A stretch of 64,000 nt of DNA from Octopus sinensis (GCF_006345805.1 NC_043006.1:44082001-44146000); one strand, 5' to 3'. Shown: positions 1 through 13,039, counted from the stretch's first letter. Made by a program: numbers and translations. Notes: generated by a model from the letters alone, not told the origin.

Positions 1-104
1 ATATATATATATACATATATACATACATATATTATACATATACATATATATATACACACACACATATATATATATACAATTATACACATATGTGTGTGTA
101 TGTA

Positions 105-150
<46 letters not shown>

Positions 151-165
151 TACATACGCACACAC

Positions 166-208
<43 letters not shown>

Positions 209-227
209 TACGCACACACATGTGTGT

Positions 228-271
<44 letters not shown>

Positions 272-337
272 ATAATATATATATTATATATATATACACA
301 CATGTGTGTGTATGTATGTGTCTATAATATATATATA

Positions 338-370
<33 letters not shown>

Positions 371-401
371 CCATATATATATACACACGTGTGTGTATGT
401 A

Positions 402-461
<60 letters not shown>

Positions 462-484
462 CACACGTGTGTGTATGTATGTGT

Positions 485-521
<37 letters not shown>
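1..521. repeat. Compound (TA)n array with a higher-order unit in both orientations
   Basis: The unit acacatgtgtgtgtatgtatgtgtct and its reverse complement recur between (TA)n runs. Confidence 0.9.
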
Positions 522-523
<2 letters not shown>

Positions 524-932
524 TAAAAAGAAAAATGTAAGATCAGTTCTGAGTAAAAGGAAAGAAGCAATAAACAAAACAGTATTTAAATCCTTTGACC
601 ATGGTTTCAAATAGCATTCAGTACCATTGAGCTTTAATTTGTTAACAGGATTCCATCAGAGTAAAAGATTTGCAATGAAAGCAAAATGAAATGGAAAAAT
701 ACACGATTTCAAATTTGATTCTTACAAAGTCCAGTATGAAAAAAAAAAAAAAAGAAAGAAAGAAAGAAAGAAAGTAAAGTGAATTGAATAGAATTTCTAA
801 GTGAAATAGTATTAGAATTTATGAAATATTGAAATAGTTTTATTTATGAATTATGAATAGTTTTCCTTGTGAATTTATGAAACATAGAAATTTATGAATT
901 ATTGAAAGTATTTCAATAATTCACTTCATTAC

Positions 933-976
933 CTTCGTGATTATTATCGAAATATAAATACTTAGAAGACAGACAC
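933..976 (-). CDS. Candidate short exon: (L)CLSSKYLYFDNNHE
   Basis: Acceptor ttcttcttcttctatag, donor GAAG|gtaatg, 98-nt intron after exon 1075, open in the incoming phase 2. I recognise no homology. Confidence 0.4.
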
Positions 977-1074
977 CTATAGAAGAAGAAGAATCGTGAA
1001 ACTAGTTTCTTCTGCTGTAACAGACAACAGTGGTTTTAAAGATATCATAGAAATAGAATGTGACTAGTACTTAC

Positions 1075-1202
1075 AAAGGCCTTGCTGGTTCCGATACAAC
1101 TAAAGTTCCATCTTTAGTGACAGCGTTTTCTTCATCTTCATCATCATCATCAGCAACATCTGTTGCAAGGTTATTAAGCTGGGCAGCTATAAGATCCAAA
1201 TC
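1075..1202 (-). CDS. msn: Linker exon: DLDLIAAQLNNLATDVADDDDEDEENAVTKDGTLVVSEPARP(L)
   Basis: 128 nt, ttttcaag / gtaagt, phase 0-2; resembles the 'EDLxxLAxxL ... acidic ... DGT' segment of the msn/MAP4K4 family. Confidence 0.9.
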
Positions 1203-4200
1203 CTTGAAAACAAAACAAAATTAATTAATAAAAGTATATACATTTTTATTACTCTTTTATTTATTTATTTATTTTCTGTTTTCGTTTATATTGTTATACC
1301 AAATTTTTGACACAGAACAACACTATGGTGGCAGTTGGAGATGACAGGCATCAGATGTTGTCTTCAAGTCAGAGACAAAAGAAGAGTAAAAGAAATATTA
1401 CGAAACACATCTATATCTTTTGTACTCGTGGTTGAAGTAATAAAAGGTGAGATCTAAGACAGGTGGTTTTTAATAGTGTGGAGAAGGTAGAGGTGGTGTG
1501 CTGAGAAATTAAAAAAGGAAGGAAGGAAGGGGTAGTAGTCACTCGGTAGACGAATTAAATGGAAAATTAATATAAGAAATAGTGAATTAACATAAGAAAT
1601 GTATATGATGAAAGTGTATGATAAACAAAGTAGACAAAGAAGAAACTCTTCTTTGAAATCATTGATTAATAAATGAAAATCAATCAGTAGAATTTCAAGA
1701 GTGAAAAATCATATTGGGAAAATATCAGAATGATTACATTACAACACGCATATATTCACATTCACACAGACGCAAACACATAAGAATCTTTAAAAGAAAC
1801 TCGACGCTTTTATGTCAATAAAATAAAAAGAAAGTTGAAAAATTTATTGTTTGATGGGACATATTTTTAAAAAGCCACACATATACACACACAGACAAAC
1901 TTTAATCTCAATAGTTAAATCTTGAATAAACAAATGAATACAAAGCAAATGATAGCTTGGAATCCTTTATTGAAGGAGATGAGTAAAGCAAACAAGAAAA
2001 TGGCAGCCTTTGTATTACAATGTTTTTCTCATCACACAATATAGTTTACTGAGAACATAAAAATTAATTTGATGTTCAACAATACAATATTTACTATTTA
2101 AGCAACATCTACAAAGAAATATTTGGCTTTTATATCATAGAAATTAAGTTAGTGGAGATGTTCAACACCGCTCAATCACAATGTTTCCTTTATATTTCTA
2201 GAAAAAGGGCAGAAATCTATGACTTTTACCTTACAAGGCACTCACTACATTTAGAAGAAAGCTTTGAGGGAACTACTTAGCTGTCCACCAAAACGGAATT
2301 GTTAATGCCGCACTCCCAAACTGAAAGGGTTTTTGCCTTGCAAGAGCCTTCATGCCAGTGTCACATAGAAATTACCCATGCCACTGCCATGTACAGAGGA
2401 CTTGTACCAGTGCCACGTAAAGAGCTTCTATGCCAGCACCACATATAGAGCACTCATGCTGGCACCACGTAATGAACACCCATGTTGGCACCATGTCAAA
2501 AGCACCCCGTACACTCTGTAAAGTGGATGGCATTAGGAAGGGCATCCAGCCATGGAAACCAAGCCAAATCAGACTGGAACCTGGTGCAGCTCTCCAGCTT
2601 GCCAGCTCTGATCAAATTGTCCAACCTATGCCAGCATGGGAAGCAGAAATTAAATGATGATAATGATGAATTATAGCACATGAAAATCCAAAGACCCAGT
2701 CTTTAAGGAAACTACAATATTAATAATAATACTGATTTCTTATATAGGCACAAGACCTGAGTTTTGAGGGGAAAGGACAAAGATGATAACATCAACTTTC
2801 GCTGTTTGTCTGGTACTATATTACCTTTGAAATGAAAGCAAGATGTAAAGGGCTGGGACTAAACAGAGTAAGGCATTTTGTCTGATTCACCACAAGGTCT
2901 AGTAATTGTGGCAGTGGGGTGACTTGTGTCCCTCAATGATTAAGAGAGCTATGTCAGTGGAGTAAAACCTGGTAGGGCCTTCCCATGTAAGTTGAAGGAG
3001 AGAAGCCTGGCTAACATGAACCACTTCTTTCCAGAGATGAAAATAGGTTTGCATAAAGCCAACATACCCACCTAGAGTAAAAAAAAAGCCAAGTTACAAA
3101 GAACTGATGGCCAGTCAAAACAAACAAAACCAGGGAGATGAATAACTACCTAGAATCAAGAACAATGGAGACAAGTCAATGATGGCCCATGCTCCATAAG
3201 GAGTGAAAGGGCTTAAACTAAAGCAAGTAAATTTTCTGATGCTGTAACAATTCCAACCTATTAATAAATAGTAACAATAATGAAAATATTTATAGAAATA
3301 GGACAGTTTTTGTAGACAAAGTACAACACAGACTTAAAATGAGTAAAGAACCCCTTTGACCATGAATTACACCTAGAAGTTCCCATCTGAGGCACAAGTC
3401 CAGGCAAGGTTGTTTATGGAAGACCAGCAGTCGCCCATGCATAGCAGCCTCCTCTCTCCAAGCCACCAATGTTGTGAAAGGCAAAGGCCAATACATCTTG
3501 ATACCTGTGATGTCATAACTCATTTCTTCAGCTGAGTGAACTGAAGCAACATAAAATTAAGTGTTTTGCTCAAGAAATGAAGTGTCTTACCCAGTACAGG
3601 AATTGAACTCACTGCTTCGTGACTGTGAGCCCAACACTCTAACCATTGCGCCATGGGTCTCCACAACACCCAGCCTAGAGATTATTTTGTCAATCCAAGA
3701 GGAATAAAAAGTCAAGTCGATTCAGGTAGGATTTTAACTCAGAATATAGACAGAGAAAACAAAATAGTACAACTAACCATGTTTCCACTGACTGATTCAT
3801 CACTAATATGGGATAACATAGTATGCTCAATTATGAACTGTGTAGTGATAACACAGATCAGTGATCAGTCTAAGATTCTGCCTGGATCGCAAAAGTGCAT
3901 CCCAGCAACCATCCACAATACTCAGTGTAACTTGGGGGTCTTCAAATGAAACCATTTCCCCCATATGTTCTGTTATTCATTTATCACTAACTCATTTTAC
4001 AGTTGTGTTTTTTGTTTTAAGCAAATATCTGTGATAAATGAGGATAGGTGTATTTGTCCAATATTTTACCATTTATATATTTAGTTCAATATTTTACCAT
4101 TCCTACCACCCCGATCATTATTAATGTATTAGAAATATTAGCGGGGGGTGATTTTATGAAGACATATTTTTCAACTTCAGAAAGCTAACAAAATGTCAAC

Positions 4201-6090
4201 AAGTTATTGCTTAAGACAACAGTAAGTCAATTATAAAAATAAAAGCTAACAAACACTGCAAACTTTCCAGAATCATAGAGAGATGAAAATAAAAGAAAAA
4301 TTTTTTCAGTTTGAAATTCTTTATCAATAATTTTTTTCTTTTTTTTTTGAAGGACCAACTTATTTCACTTAGACTTGCTGCTAGTGAAAATAAAGTAGAG
4401 AGAGTGAATGGAATAATGTATAGTTGTGGAATTCTAGTGATCAATATACAAGGCTGCTATCTCAGTTGAATTCTCAAGACTTTGAATAATGTCACTGAGC
4501 AAGTAAAAAGACTTACAAAGTATAGGCTACACACACACACACACACAAACTAACCAGGCCATTTATACCTTGCCTTGAACCCTCAAATACTTGAAGGAAC
4601 CATAATGGTGTGTCTTGGGCATTCCTCTCTCCATGTCTCACCACAAACAATTTCTTTCAGAAAGAGTGAAAGAAAAACATTAACCCCAGTATGCAACTGG
4701 TACTTTATCAGCTCCACTCAAAAAGGATGAAAGGCAAAGTTAACTGCAATACGACTTAAACTGAGTGCAGAGACCCATAACAATTGCAGCAAGGTAATCT
4801 ATTCAACATTCTAATGACTTCTAGTAACTGGCTACCTGTGACATTTATAAAGTAACACCAAGATACTTATAACCCGATATAGACAAATGCAACACTAGAC
4901 TGTTAATTCCAATCTTCATTATTCTTGCAAATACCCTCTACAAAATGACCTTCAACACCTGGAACTTACTAAGAGCACCCTAACAGACTGTATCACCCTT
5001 TTAACATCACTTACCAAACTGAGTAAAATGTGACAATTTGCAAATAGCCTTATACATTCATAGATTCATTATTTTCTCTCATTCTTTACCCAACTCTTAT
5101 CTCACTTTTTTTTTTTTTGTGGAGTGGGGGATAGTTAAACAGAATATACAATCACTTATAATATGTTACTTTAACCAATCAGAAACTAGTAGTCTGTGAG
5201 CCACTTTTGTTTATCTAAAAGAACACAAAACTACATCATCCTCTCTTAACTGTCATCAACAGGTATGAGGAAGCTTATCATCTCTCTCTCTCTCTCTCTC
5301 TCAGCTAGTGGTTAGCATTTTGTCTTAGTCCCATCAGAATGACTTCTACTAGATTATTTAAAAAAAACAAAACACTTTTTTCTCTTTACAGCAAGCCATT
5401 ATCTGATCACATTCAAAATATATTTGATTCTACAACACAAATTATTTCATTGACGCAAACATTTTCCCCATGCATTATCCAACTATCTGGTAAAACATAG
5501 TGATGTGTATATGTGTGCACACATACACACACACACACACACATTTTCCATAACACATCTGCAACACAAATTATCCAATTGACTTATGTGCCTACATTTT
5601 TAATGCTTTGACTGATGTTGTAAATGAAGAGCCACATTCACTGCATTTGAATCCTGGTATATTTTAACCTGTACTCACAAATCCTACATGTTATCTAATT
5701 AGTATTGCATTATTCTACCAACCAAATCTAAAGAGGTCTATTTTCTCTTTTTATGTAGGAAATAAAAAAAAAAAGAACGATTATATATAATTTATTCTTG
5801 ATGTTATCGCTACAAACTTTTGTATTGTACTGTCGCACAGGAATACTTCAGCGGTTAAATTAACATAAAAAATAAATTTAGAGCAACTGACTTTGTTAGT
5901 AGCACACTTCAAGTGTGTAACTGTTTGGTCAACACTCTACCATGATCTACCTGAACTTTGACCTCTTTAGGGTCAGTAATAAAAGAAAGTGTTTAAGCTG
6001 GTTATATATCCACCAGCTTTATGTTCAAACCTGCCAGATCTGACCTCTTACACCTACCCTGCAATGTCATTTTTAAAATAAACAGTTATT

Positions 6091-6518
6091 CTTTTACTTG
6101 TTTCAGCCATTTGACTGTGGCCCTGCTGGAGCACCAAAGTGAAGGGTTTTTAGGCGAACAAATTCAATCCAGGATTTATCTTTTTTTAAGCCTAGTACTT
6201 AATCTATCAGTTTTTTTTTTTGTTGTTTTTTTTTTTGCTGAACTGCTAAGCTACAGGGACATAACGACACCAACACCAGTTGTCAAGTGGTGGTGGTGGG
6301 GGAGGCCAAACACAGACACAAACACACACACACATACCTAGATATATACATATATAATAGGCTTCTTTCAGTTTCCTTCTACCAAATCCACTCGCAAGGC
6401 TTTGGTGGGCCCAAAGCTATAGTAAAAGATACTCGCCCAAGATAACACGCAGTGGAACTGAATTCAGAACCATGCAGTTGGGAAACAAGCTTCCTACCAC
6501 ACAGCCTTGCCTGTGCCT
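6091..6518 (-). mobile_element. tRNA-derived SINE family A (head, CORE-like block, internal microsatellite, 3' module)
   Basis: Reverse complement of the 6688-7123 copy; inserted within a MITE. Confidence 0.9.
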
Positions 6519-6687
6519 ACATCATGAAAATCTCAAAGCTGATACATGATCAATGCAAACACAACATGAATAAAAAGCATTACTTTTGACAGAGTAATCT
6601 GAATGCTAAAGAGTTAAACTAACTGGATGATTGAGCAAGCAGTTTGGTAGCTTGTAATCTTCAGAACTATTTCAGAAGAGATTTATG

Positions 6688-7123
6688 GGCGTAGGAGTGG
6701 CTGTGTGGATAGGCGTAGGAGTGGCTGTGTGGTAAGTAGCTTGCTTACCAACCACATGGTTCTAGGTTCAGTCTCACTGCGTGGCACCTTGGGCAAGTGT
6801 CTTCTACTATAGCCTCAGGTCGATCAAAGCCTTGTGAGTGGAGTTGGTAGACAGAAACTGAAAGAAGCCCATCATATATATGTATATATATATATGTGTA
6901 TATGTGTGTGTATATGTTTGTGTGTCTGTGTTTGCCCCCCCCCCCCAACATCGATTGACAATCAATGCTGGTGTGTTTATGTCCCCGTAACTTAGTGGTT
7001 CGGCAAAAGACACGGACAGAATAAGTACTAGGCTTACAAAGAATAAGTCATGGGGTTGATTTGCTCGGCTAAAGGCGGTGCTCCAGTAAAGCCACAATCA
7101 AATGACTGAAACAAGTAAAAGAG
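6688..7123 (+). mobile_element. SINE family A, full length, with a duplicated 21-nt head
   Basis: A-box-like tggctgtgtgg, B-box-like ggttcagtc, 'gcaccttgggcaagtgtc' (resembles the CORE/MIR core from memory), tail gactgaaacaagtaaaaga. Confidence 0.9.
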
Positions 7124-9302
7124 TAGCTGAATTTCTTAACCAGGAGGGAATATCCAACTCAACTCAACTCAACTTACTCGATGCTGTGGACACAGAGATA
7201 TTTTCTTGATTTGTCAATCAAGAAAGAACATTCGTTTAAAAACAGTAGTTTCACTCCAAACATGTTTTTCCTTACTTCTTTACAATGCAGTAGATATCAA
7301 TGAAACAGTAGACATCCCTACATCCCAGGTTGAAACTTTACTACATACCTCGGTTTCCTTACTATAAATTTACAGTTATCTATTTAATGTTAGTAGAAGT
7401 ATCTAATGTAAAAACTTCTCCTATAATACAGAGAAATATTTCAAGTTGCAAACCCATCTATATAAACATTAGAATAAGTAAATGACAGTGATGGTAACAA
7501 TTTCATAGACAGGATGGAATGTCTAGATTTTATAAGGAAGGGAAAAAAGAACGGCCTAAATGACATATGTAAACGAAACCATATTGGAAACTGAAAGTGG
7601 TTTTGTGACATAACATCAAAAAGTAACAACTTCCACATTTCATCATCATCGAATCCTGTCAAACTGTCCAACGCATGCCAGCTTGGAACATGGACATCAA
7701 CTGGTGGTGGTGGTGGTGGTGATGATGATGTTTAAAGGAAACTTAAATCAAATCATTCTACAGGAATTCTAAATGATTTAGTTCAAAATTTTTCGGCTCT
7801 CCACAAACAACTGGACTGTTCCATGTACTTACTTATTAGCCATTCCCAAATCAGTTACACTGTCAATCATATGATCTGTTGAAGATAGTTGGTTATAAAC
7901 TCAATAATGCTCTACAGTAAATCCTACATAATAAAATTTTAAGCTTTGAATATGTTTCTTAGTTACTAAAGTTGTGCTCACACAATTCACATAATTGCTG
8001 AACTTGATGGCTCTCTCCAGAAATCCCTCGGCACCTGCCATATTGATCATCACCAGTAGTCTGTTCTTGCCACTGACCATGAAACCAGGTGAGGCAATGG
8101 CCTCCTCTGAAGTCATCCACAAGTTCATCCTTGCAGATGAGAGAAAAGGGAGGGAAAAAGGACACTACAGCCAACTCTGACCAGCCCACCTTCCCATGCA
8201 GTCTCTGCAGTTACACCTGCCTGTCCTGAATTGGATGGTGGTCATCAGTAAACTTGCAACAGAGATGGACATCCCTCCTCAGTAAATCTTTACTCAAGAA
8301 ACCAAGCCAAAAAGAAGTATAGCAACATACTTAAATGTGTTGTAAGGTGACTGCATCTTCTACAGTTTAGCACAGCTGACTATTTTATCCACTCCAGAAA
8401 AAAGAATGACTAAGAATGTCAATATTTGAAATATGGTAGCTAAACAAAAATACACCTAGATATCTAGACTAGCTACATCTAGTCGAAATCACAACAGTCA
8501 TTTGCCACATCCATCACTTTTTAATGATGCTAACAACACTGATGCTGACACTGCAATCACCAAAATCAACAATGGCGCCAAACCTGATGATGATGGTTTG
8601 ATATGCCACAAGGTCTCGAAAGTTCTAAGAGAAAAGAAAAAGATTAGGTGTTGTAGCATAAATGCCTCGCATATATCGACATAGAACTGTCATCTTCAGA
8701 ATATTTTCCAAGGATATAAATTAATATAAAAATTTGAACGACTAATATTCAACAATACTAAATTCCACAGGGGGGTAATTAGGCCACTTAATAAGAGGTT
8801 CCATCTTCTTTCTTTCCTCGTTTTTTTTTAAACAAGCTTTTCATCATGTCGATTGCTTTAGTTATTTAGTATCAGTATAGATTCAAACATTACACACACA
8901 CAAGTACAAATACAGATACACACACACATGCGTATGCACGCACTGACACATATATACACATACATATATGCAGACATAGACATATGTACACATACATAGA
9001 CATATATATACATACAGACATATACATATGTATACATACAAATACATATGTACACATACATACAGACGTACATATGTACACATGCGTTCATACATACACA
9101 CATATACATATGTACAAATATAGGTGTGGCTGTATGGTAAGTAACTTGTTTTCCAACCTCATGGTTCTGGGTTCCACTGAACCTCATAGCTCAGTTCCAC
9201 TGTGTGGCACTTTGGGCAAGTGTCTTCTACTGTAGACTTGTAAGTGGATTTGGTAGACGGAAACTCAAAGAAGCCCGTCCTATATGTATGTATGCATGTA
9301 TG

Positions 9303-9355
<53 letters not shown>

Positions 9356-9552
9356 ATATATATATGTATGTATGTATGTATGTAAATCTATGTGTGTGTG
9401 TATTTGTGTCTACCACTGTTTGAGAACACACACAACACACACATATATACATATATACACACACACACACATATACATACATATATATATATACATACAA
9501 ATATACATACATACATACACATATATATATATATACATACATAGACTACATA

Positions 9553-9584
<32 letters not shown>

Positions 9585-9596
9585 CATACATACATA

Positions 9597-9632
<36 letters not shown>

Positions 9633-9924
9633 GTACACACACAGATATACAGATTTACACACAAATCACCATTCTTTAACGTCTGTATTCCATGCTAGCA
9701 TGATATACACAGACACAGGCATGCCTGCATACACAAATAAATTGTTAGAGCAATTGGAAACATAAAACACAGAGTAATGAATGGTTCAAGGAGATTCAGC
9801 TCTAATGAAGTATATAAATTACACCTAATAAACTACACAAAGTATGCAATTTTATTTTCTGTATTTAGTACTATTTCTTCATTTATAAACACACTTTCTG
9901 TCACCCTCTCTCTCTCTCTCTCAA

Positions 9925-9956
<32 letters not shown>

Positions 9957-10590
9957 TGCCGAGCAGAATTTGTGGCACTTATGCCAGAGCATGCAACCTA
10001 TGAAACTCAAACTATATAAATGAGGCAATGGTACCATGTAATCTATAGGTACCCTCTTTCCAGCTGGCACTCATAACAATGAAACATTTATTTATCTGAC
10101 GCAAGTCAGATTTGTTACTTGCGTCTATTTAAAATATGGAACAAAGTAATAAAGAATGATCTCAGGATGCTGAGCCTCACAGAGGTGATGAAAATGGACC
10201 AAGACGATTTGCTGTGCTTGAGAAAAGTTTTCCGTCTCAGCAAAGAATGAGTAGGAATCCCTAAAAGCAAGTCATTTATGTCTATGCCACGTCACTCAAT
10301 CTGTCCCTGTCAAGCATTCCCCAACAAATTCATCTTTCTGACACCCATCTCTCCATCACTCTTCTGACTATGGCGCTATTCATTCAACTGCTATATTTAT
10401 ACGAGAACAAAACACTTCATTTCATTTAGTTCCAGTCCACTCACCTGGTAAAAATTAGTAATACTTTGATGGACCAGCATCCCGTTCAGGGAGGAAATAT
10501 ATATATATATAATATATATAACAGAGATACCAGTCCTATGTTCTCTACAGAGTAATGGGGACACTCTGTAAAGTGGCTGACATTCGAGTA

Positions 10591-10735
10591 TTGGGCCTCA
10601 CAGAGGTAAAGTGGCCAAGTTCCTTTCGCGCATTTGGCCTCATGGAGGCAAAGTGGCCAAGTTCCTTTTCAGCATTGGGCCTCACAGAGGCAACGTGGCT
10701 GAGTTCCTTTCAAGTGTTGGGCCTCTGGAAGCAAT
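10591..10735 (+). repeat. 42-bp tandem repeat (about 3.5 units) inside an RTE LINE 3' remnant
   Basis: Units start at 10591, 10633, 10675, 10717; translate as LGLTEVKWPSSFRA / FGLMEAKWPSSFSA / LGLTEATWLSSFQV. Confidence 0.85.
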
Positions 10736-10879
10736 GACCGAGGCCTTTGACAATACGTCATGCTTGAGAAGAAGACACACCAAACCAACCAAAATCATAA
10801 TCATAGGCAGATACTGGTGTCACACAAATGGCACTTGTGAAGCGGTAAAAACGCATTTCAGTTTTATATATAGAGATAT

Positions 10880-10904
10880 ATATATATTTACACACCACAT
10901 ACAT

Positions 10905-10947
<43 letters not shown>

Positions 10948-11084
10948 TACACATACATACATACACATATATGTAATATATACACACACATACATACATA
11001 TATGTAATATATACACACACATACATACATACATACATATATGTAATATATACACACACATACATATATGTAATATATACACAC

Positions 11085-11125
<41 letters not shown>

Positions 11126-11425
11126 TACATACATACATATATATATATATACACACACATACATACATACATATATATATATTTATATACACATACACAC
11201 ATACATACACATATATATATATACACCACACACACATACATACATATATATATATATATACACACACATACACACACACATATATATACACACACACATA
11301 CACACACACATATATATACACACACACATACACACACACATATATATACACACACACATACACACACACATATATATATACACACACATACACACACACA
11401 CACACACATATATATACATACACAT

Positions 11426-11456
<31 letters not shown>

Positions 11457-11573
11457 CACACACACAAACACACATACATAGACACACATATATATATACA
11501 CATATATATATACACATACATACATATATATACATACACATACATATATATACATACATACACATACATATAC

Positions 11574-11607
<34 letters not shown>

Positions 11608-11736
11608 ATACATACATATATATATATACATACATACATATATATACATACATACATATATATATACATACATATATATATATACATACATATATATATA
11701 TATATACATACATATATATATATATACATACATATA

Positions 11737-11768
<32 letters not shown>

Positions 11769-12410
11769 CATATATATACATACATATATGGTTATCCGTA
11801 ATAATGAAGGGTGAAATTAATTAATTGGAATAATTATCAATTACACCAAGTAGTCTTCGGCATGTAAAAGCCTCATTTGAGGAAAATTTAGTAATACTAA
11901 GCAATAGGTTCAGCAACGAGTTGCCTTACCACATACCGAATTTAGAAATAGCAGTCAAAGGGTTATAGCCTTTGACTGCTATTTCTAAATTCGGTATGTG
12001 GTAAGGCAACTCGTTGCTGAACCCTTATGCTTAGTATACATACATATATATATATACATACTATTATATATATACATACATATATATACATATATATACA
12101 TACATATACATACATATACATACATATATATATACATACATATATATACATACGTATATATACATACATATATACATACATACATATATATACATACATA
12201 TATACATACATACATACATATATATATAAATAAATACATACATACATATATATATATACATACATATATATATACATACATATATATATACATACATATA
12301 TAGATACATATATATATACATACATACATATATATATACATACATATACATACATATATATATACATACATACATACATACAAACATACATACATATATA
12401 TATATCATCC
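10880..12410. repeat. Long compound (TA)/(CA)/(TACA) microsatellite arrays flanking the hairpin island
   Basis: 10880-11788 and 12035-12410 are simple repeats; they are the source of the long YI/CV-type ORFs. Confidence 0.95.
11894..12037. repeat. Perfect 55-bp inverted repeat (7-nt loop) with a further 10-bp outer stem
   Basis: 11907-11961 is the exact reverse complement of 11969-12023; 11894-11903 pairs with 12028-12037. Confidence 0.97.
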
Positions 12411-12865
12411 TTCAAGCTAGACTAGCATATGTGTGTGTGTGTGGTGTGTAAAAAATATATATATATATATACCTTTTTCTTTATATCTCAAACATCCTTT
12501 GTCACTCAAAAATGTATATATTTGAAACAAATTTCTTCAAAAATTAATAACTATCGAAAAGCACAAGATCTTTAAACAAAACAGATTAAAACAGATTTGT
12601 TGTTAATCTATTTCCTTTTCATGTGTGTGTGTGTTTTTTTTTCTGGGGGAAGGGGGTGTGTGTTTTTTTTATTGTAGAGTTTTCAGATTATTTTTAAGGG
12701 TTTTGTTCCCTCCCCCACACAACCCCCTTCAAATATCGTGACTATATCAAGAACAGGCTTTGATATTTTGAATATATGCACACACACAAACATACATGTG
12801 TATACATATATGTATGTAAACATAGATATATGTATGTAAACATACACATATCTATGAGTCAACGC

Positions 12866-12911
<46 letters not shown>

Positions 12912-13039
12912 ATATATTGATACACACACACACATGTCCACGCACACACACTTGGATATATATGAGCAAATGTCTATAGAGTTGCACTCATATACACCAC
13001 CCACAATATACACACATATATACACACATACATACATAC

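Noticed and set aside
7959-8130. Acceptor-like tract followed by the open frame DELVDDFRGGHCLTW…
   Set aside because: I found no phase-0 donor to rejoin the 1202 exon and no recognisable homology; more likely an old repeat relic.
8514-8624. Strong acceptor giving a 36-aa alternative terminal exon, with a hydrophobic TM-like peptide in another frame
   Set aside because: The TM-like frame is not the one reached from the phase-0 donor, no AATAAA is visible downstream, and the sequence is trinucleotide-like low complexity.
11795-11850. Possible degenerate hammerhead core (taatga-stem-caagt) left of the palindrome
   Set aside because: The CUGAUGA and GAAA catalytic motifs are both mismatched, so I cannot support a ribozyme.
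10880-12410. Many UGUAUAUA (Pumilio-like) and UG motifs on the transcribed strand
   Set aside because: These are an inevitable by-product of the microsatellite; the location is intronic and there is no specific evidence.
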